From: the human T2T-CHM13v2.0 reference genome, Homo sapiens
NCBI RefSeq assembly: GCF_009914755.1
Contig: NC_060928.1
Strand: one strand, 5' to 3'
DNA length: 64,000 bases
A program made the translations under genes and the position numbers. Numbering within the stretch: the stretch's first letter is position 1; each line of letters starts with the position of its first letter. A model generated the notes under the pieces. It did not search any database. It was given only the letters and a program-made list of their open reading frames with translations, and was not told the origin of the DNA. Shown here piece by piece: positions 58,061 to 64,000 of this stretch.

Positions 58061-58555
58061 ACCATATAACACCACTTGAATTCATCTCACTTGTCCTTCA
58101 CTCTATCTCAGACATGTACTTTCAAGAGTGGTACTGGACCTGCTCAATAATTAGCACCCCTATAAAAGTCAAACTTTCATGTATTCTTACCTCACTTCCT
58201 ATAAAGACAGCTTACTCTTAGTCCAGAAATCTTCCATTGCCACTCTAATCCTTTACTCCACTGGTGTTATTTAATTGGCCCTTACCTGATTTGATTATGT
58301 CCTCATTGCCCTCCTTACTCAGAATGAAGCTCATAATCAATCACTCTTATAATAGCTTTGCATATATTTTCAACCTTGTTTTCAACTTTCTTGCTTGCAC
58401 TAGGTTGGAAAACCTACAATCTGGTTAAATTCAGTTTTCTACCTAATTCTATGACTGGTATCACCTTCAAGTTGTGATGGTGAACCTCAAGTGGACTGCT
58501 TGGAATCACACTGTATATATCCACAGGCTATTCTCCAAAGGAGATCATTTCCAAA

Positions 58556-59715
<1,160 letters not shown>

Positions 59716-60279
59716 AGTAGACCCTTTCAGACCTTGGCTGACCATTTTCATACCCCAATGCCTCCTCCTCCTTCCCCACTCTCAGCTTGGTTTTTTCCTC
59801 ACTGAAAAATTGAAGCAATCAAGAGATGTCTTCCACAGACTCTCACTGCTCACTCTCTGTCTTCCATACATGCAAACTCTGCTTTTCTGCATGTTACTGT
59901 GGATGGACTTTCTGTGATACCGTCTAAAACCAATCAACGTCTCTACTTTGCTTGTCCATACCATGCCATTTCTTTGTTCCTTGTAGTAGTTAACTTCCTA
60001 TGTCTAACTCTTCTTCTCCCATTATTTTAGAAATAATACTTTTATCAATTTTTTCCCCTCACTTCTCCATCAAAATTGCTCCTAAAGCTCACTAATGACT
60101 TCATGTTGGTGCCACCCTTGTTGGTAGGAGATATAATCATCTTATCTGACTTGGTAGCAGCACTGGCAAAATGAATATTCATTTTCCCTTAATACACTAG
60201 ATTTTCACATGGACTAAAACAAACAGATGTCCTTTCTTTCCCTCCCACTTCGCTGAACTTCTTGGGTTCCTTTGCAGGT

Positions 60280-61230
60280 AAAATAGAGAATGAATTATTT
60301 TTCTTATATGAAAGACATAAACTGCATATTTGTGTGTCATGAGAATAAGCCATTCCGGAGTTAAAAGTAATGATACAAGAAAGTGGGAAGATTAATTTTC
60401 TATGTCAACTGGACTGAATTAAGGTATATCCAGGTAGCTGGTAAGAGGTTGCTTCTGGGTATGTCTGTCATTGAGGGTGCTGTAAGAAGAGATTACCTTT
60501 GGAATATTAAGAAGACTGAGTATAGAAGATCTGACCTCATCATTGTGGGCAGGCATTATCCCACTTCTTATGGGCCCAAATACAACAAAAATGTGGAAGA
60601 AAGGCAAAATTTCTCTCTCTCCTTTAGCTGAGATATTTATCTAATTTTTCCCTTAGACTTTGGAGCTCCTGGTTTTTGGGCCTTCAGACTTTGGAACTTA
60701 CACAAGTCCTTCCCACTCCCGGCATGGGTTCCCTGATTTTCAGACCTTTATACTCAGACTGAATCACACCACCAACTTTTCTGGGTTTCCAGCTTGCAAA
60801 CAGCATATCATGAAACCTCTTGGCCCTCATAATCATGTGAGCCAATTCCCATAATAAACTTCCTCATATATTTATACATATCTTAATGGTTCTGTTTCTC
60901 TGGAGAACCCTGACTAATACAGAAAGCAAAGAAATAATAATTTTCCGCAATGTCTATGAGCATACCAAGAGGGGATGAGATTCAGGACAAATTGAGGAAT
61001 TGGTTTTGGATAAGACCATGGCAAATTCATCTAAGTTAACAGGTGGAAGAGTAGGTTAGGCAGGTGCAGATTGGAGTAAGTAGTAGATGTGGTGGTGAGA
61101 CTGTTAAATGTCACCTTACGGTGGCTCCAGTTTTCTATGTGAGTGTGAGTAAATTCATTAACTAAAGGTGTGGGTGGGAGGCATGAAGGAAGAGGTTTGG
61201 GATATGAGCAGGTATGTGAAATAATGAATC
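60280..61230 (-). mobile_element. L2a fragment interrupted by MLT2
   Basis: gaggggatgagattcagg and gtagatgtggtggtgag antisense L2 motifs. Confidence 0.6.
60384..60921 (+). mobile_element. MLT2 (B/C/D-like) solo LTR
   Basis: attaattttctatgtcaactggac ... ggttctgtttctctggagaaccctgactaataca; 5-bp TSD gaaag. Confidence 0.88.
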
Positions 61231-61491
61231 AGTATTTCTGTCAACTTTAGAGAGACCTGCTGAAATCCCCAAATTCACTGTGATTCTCCAGGAAGTTACC
61301 AGGGCCTGAGCTAATGACATGGCCAACAGCAAGCCTGCAAGATGAAAGCAGTTTATTAATACTCATACCATTGAGGATTCCAGGAAGGAAAGCAGACTCA
61401 CCAGCTGGAGGTGGGTGGTCCAGAACAACAGGGGAAGTGGCAGGAAACAAAAGGGAAAGAATGTATGCATTAATTAGGGAGGGACATTTAT

Positions 61492-61766
61492 TTGTTTATT
61501 TGTTTGTTACTTTTCATTATTTTGAGACTAAGATCGAGATTATTTTTCTAGTTGTGTAATTGCAACCTTAATAAAAATAAAAGATTGATGCCTTTGATAT
61601 TTTTCTTCCAAATAAATAGATACAAAAAAACACCAAAACCAAATACTTGTAACCTTAGTCTGGGTTCAGCATTCTCCCAGCTCTTCATGGGAGTTTCTAT
61701 ACCCTCCCAAATAAAACTTCGCCAAAGAAAACCTCACAACATCTAGCAACAGTATCTTTATGCCTT
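61492..61766 (+). repeat. Left arm of a ~275-bp inverted duplication
   Basis: Aligns to the reverse complement of 63707-63984; perfect blocks 61548-61608, 61634-61691, 61705-61735. Confidence 0.97.
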
Positions 61767-62094
61767 CATTTCCTACTATAATGTAAATTCCTGCTAGTAC
61801 ATTTCCTACTAGTCACCATACGATTGGATTTTGGTCCCAATCAGTACTTGCAGATATCACCAAAAAGGGAATCTGCTTTTCTTTTTGTATCACAGCCTCT
61901 GATGAGGGCCATTTATCAACCTAACCCATATGAGTTATGGGTGTTGGTTAAGGAGAAAACGAACTGGGGAGAGGCAAGTGGTAAACGTTGCTGGGGCATC
62001 CCTGGAGCTGACAAGCAGTTGTCACTTAGACATTACAAACTGGTGAGTCCTTCTCATTTGAGTCACCTGGGGTTGTGGAAGAACAAACCTACAT

Positions 62095-62220
62095 TTATGT
62101 CTGTACCCAGTAGAATTTAAGCTCCTTGAGGATGAGCTTCTTTGCCTATCTTTTTGAAGGACCAGAATCCAGTATAATGCTTGGTACTATTTGGCGTTCA
62201 ATAAATATTTGTTGGAAAAT
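62095..62220 (+). mobile_element. L2 3' end
   Basis: tagaatttaagctccttgagg...gcttggtacta...gttcaataaatattttgttg. Confidence 0.7.
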
Positions 62221-62908
62221 CAATTGCACATATAAAACATTATTCTCATAGAGTTTGTAGGGATTGCAGAATTGGTATGCCAAACAAACAAACTGGTATC
62301 AAAGTAACTGAAATGCTTACATTTTTCAAACACTGTAATATTAACCAAGACTCTTGTTTTTGAGGACCCTTGTTTTTGAATATAAACTCATGTCAAAGTG
62401 TTTTATAGAAAAGTGTTTTACTCTTTGTCATTTTCTTGCCATAACTGAGAAATCCAAGAGGTGAATGAATGTCAGTTATGGCTGGATCTAAGGCCTCATG
62501 GTGCCACTACAGCTTGATGCCCTCTCCCTTTCTGGCTCTGCTTACCCTGCCTGGATTGACTCTCAGAAGAGCCATCTCTATGTGGTGGTGTGAGTGAGGG
62601 CTGCTTCAAGTCCCATGTTGCCATCTTCCTGTCTACCTTTGATCCCAAATCTGAGCCACTTCTTGGAATTTGGGTAAAGAGATTAAATTAAAGAGGAAAA
62701 TGCATCATCTGCATTAGTGGATTGAGAGAGGGCAATTCTGTGAGCATCTAGAGATGAATTCTTTCTGTTCTCTCAAGGATTTAAAGGATTCAAATTCCTC
62801 CAGTGCACATGCTCTTTCCTTTTACAGGGATGACTTCCATATTGTGTGTGGAACGCTTACTTAGTGGTCAAAACGCTGTCCAGCTTTCACTTTCTCTGTG
62901 AAATTGTC

Positions 62909-63340
62909 TGCATCAGTCTGGGTTTACTGAGAAAAAGTTCACTACAAGTATTAGAGAAATAGAAGATTTTATCTAGGAATCTACATATAGGATTTAATGT
63001 AGGAATGAGAATTTACCTGAATGTGGTAGGATCTGGAAGACTGAGAGATTAGAGTCTGGGAGATTGGAGAAATACTCAATATGATGTCAGCCTGGAGGAA
63101 GCTGCAGATCCTGTAGCCCACCCAGCAGGAGTTTGTGGAAGGCTCTGGAAACCTGCTGCATCAGACAGTATAAAATGCCAAGCTTCATGGTTTCTGCTTT
63201 CCCTCTTCCCAGTCTTCTAGGAGTTCATTTCAGTGACAAAATCTAACCTGGCACTTTTCAAGACAAGTGGTTTCTGAGAAATGTAGTTTCCAGCTTACAA
63301 AGAACTGATAGTGATGTCACCAAACTGACAGCTGTCAGTC
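62909..63340. mobile_element. Old MLT1-type LTR fragment
   Basis: tgcatcagtctgggtt start and ttctgagaaatgtagtttccagc motif. Confidence 0.5.
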
Positions 63341-63706
63341 CCAAAGCACTGCCATGGTGGTGAGCTGCCTCCAACCCCTCAGCCAATCCCTACAACCATG
63401 GCTGAGGCTGGGCTTCCTCTGCTGTAGCCCCGTGGTTACGTGGGGGCTTCCTTCCACTTCCTTCTGTGTACTCCATAAACCGTTCTGTTATTTCATCTTT
63501 TATATTCTATTATAATTATTTATTTACATAAATGTCTTCCTCTCAGAGTTGTGACTATAGAAACTACTTTCTTACTCATGTTCATGTCTTCAGAATCTGC
63601 CGTGTAGTAGACCCATAAACACTTTCTGTTGAGCTAAAATACTGTAATAAAAATATTTCAAAAATCAGAAAGAAAGGAGCAGATGTCTATAGATAACAGT
63701 TAAACA

Positions 63707-63984
63707 AAGGCATGTGGATGCCCTTGCCAGATGCTGCGAGGTTTTCTTTGGCGAAGTTTTATTTGGGATGTTATGAAGACCCCCATGAAGAGCTGGGAGA
63801 ATGCTGAACCCAGACTAAGGTTACAAGTATTTGGTTTTGTTGTTGTTGTTGTTTTGTATCTATTTATTTTGAAGAAAAATATCAAAGGCATCAATCTTTT
63901 ATTTTTATTAAGGTTGCAATTACACAACTAGGAAAATCTCAATCTTAGTCTCAAAATAATGTAAACTAACAAACAAATAAACAA
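63707..63984 (-). repeat. Right arm of a ~275-bp inverted duplication
   Basis: Reverse complement of 61492-61766; explains the near-identical ORFs 61552(+) and 63927(-). Confidence 0.97.
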
Positions 63985-64000
63985 CAATAACACTGTGTTC

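Noticed and set aside
61552-63927. Two near-identical ORFs (MCNCNLNKNKRLMPLIFFF...) as a duplicated gene
   Set aside because: They begin at GTG, run through low-complexity AT-rich sequence and show no recognisable domain; the similarity simply reflects the inverted DNA repeat
61492-63984. Inverted arms as the TIRs of a DNA transposon
   Set aside because: No TSD, no transposase remnant in the spacer, and identity falls toward the termini instead of peaking there; not fully excluded without a Dfam search

Overview
AT-rich primate (very probably human) non-coding genomic DNA, either intronic or intergenic. I see no credible protein-coding exon, RNA gene or CRISPR array. The supplied ORFs are short spurious frames, many in Alu, L1 or LTR sequence. 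Much of the window is interspersed repeat: about 18 Alu/FLAM/FRAM copies (most with visible TSDs), old L1/L2/MIR fragments, DNA-transposon relics (Tigger3, MER33, MER81, MER63-like) and many LTRs (an intact solo LTR12/ERV9, two THE1, MST, MLT1, MLT2, and MER31-, MER66-, MER39-, LTR27- and MER83-like elements). Family names come from recall of consensus sequences, not from a RepeatMasker run. The most notable structure these repeats do not explain is a ~275-bp inverted duplication (61492-61766 / 63707-63984) around a 1.94-kb spacer. It has perfect core blocks and divergent ends, the pattern expected of an inversion-prone, gene-converted inverted repeat. Other observations: a locally CpG-rich THE1 region, a Tigger3>MST>Alu nest with all TSDs intact, a heavily deleted ERV1 provirus, small tandem duplications, a hairpin scar and several repeat-free, motif-rich candidate enhancers.
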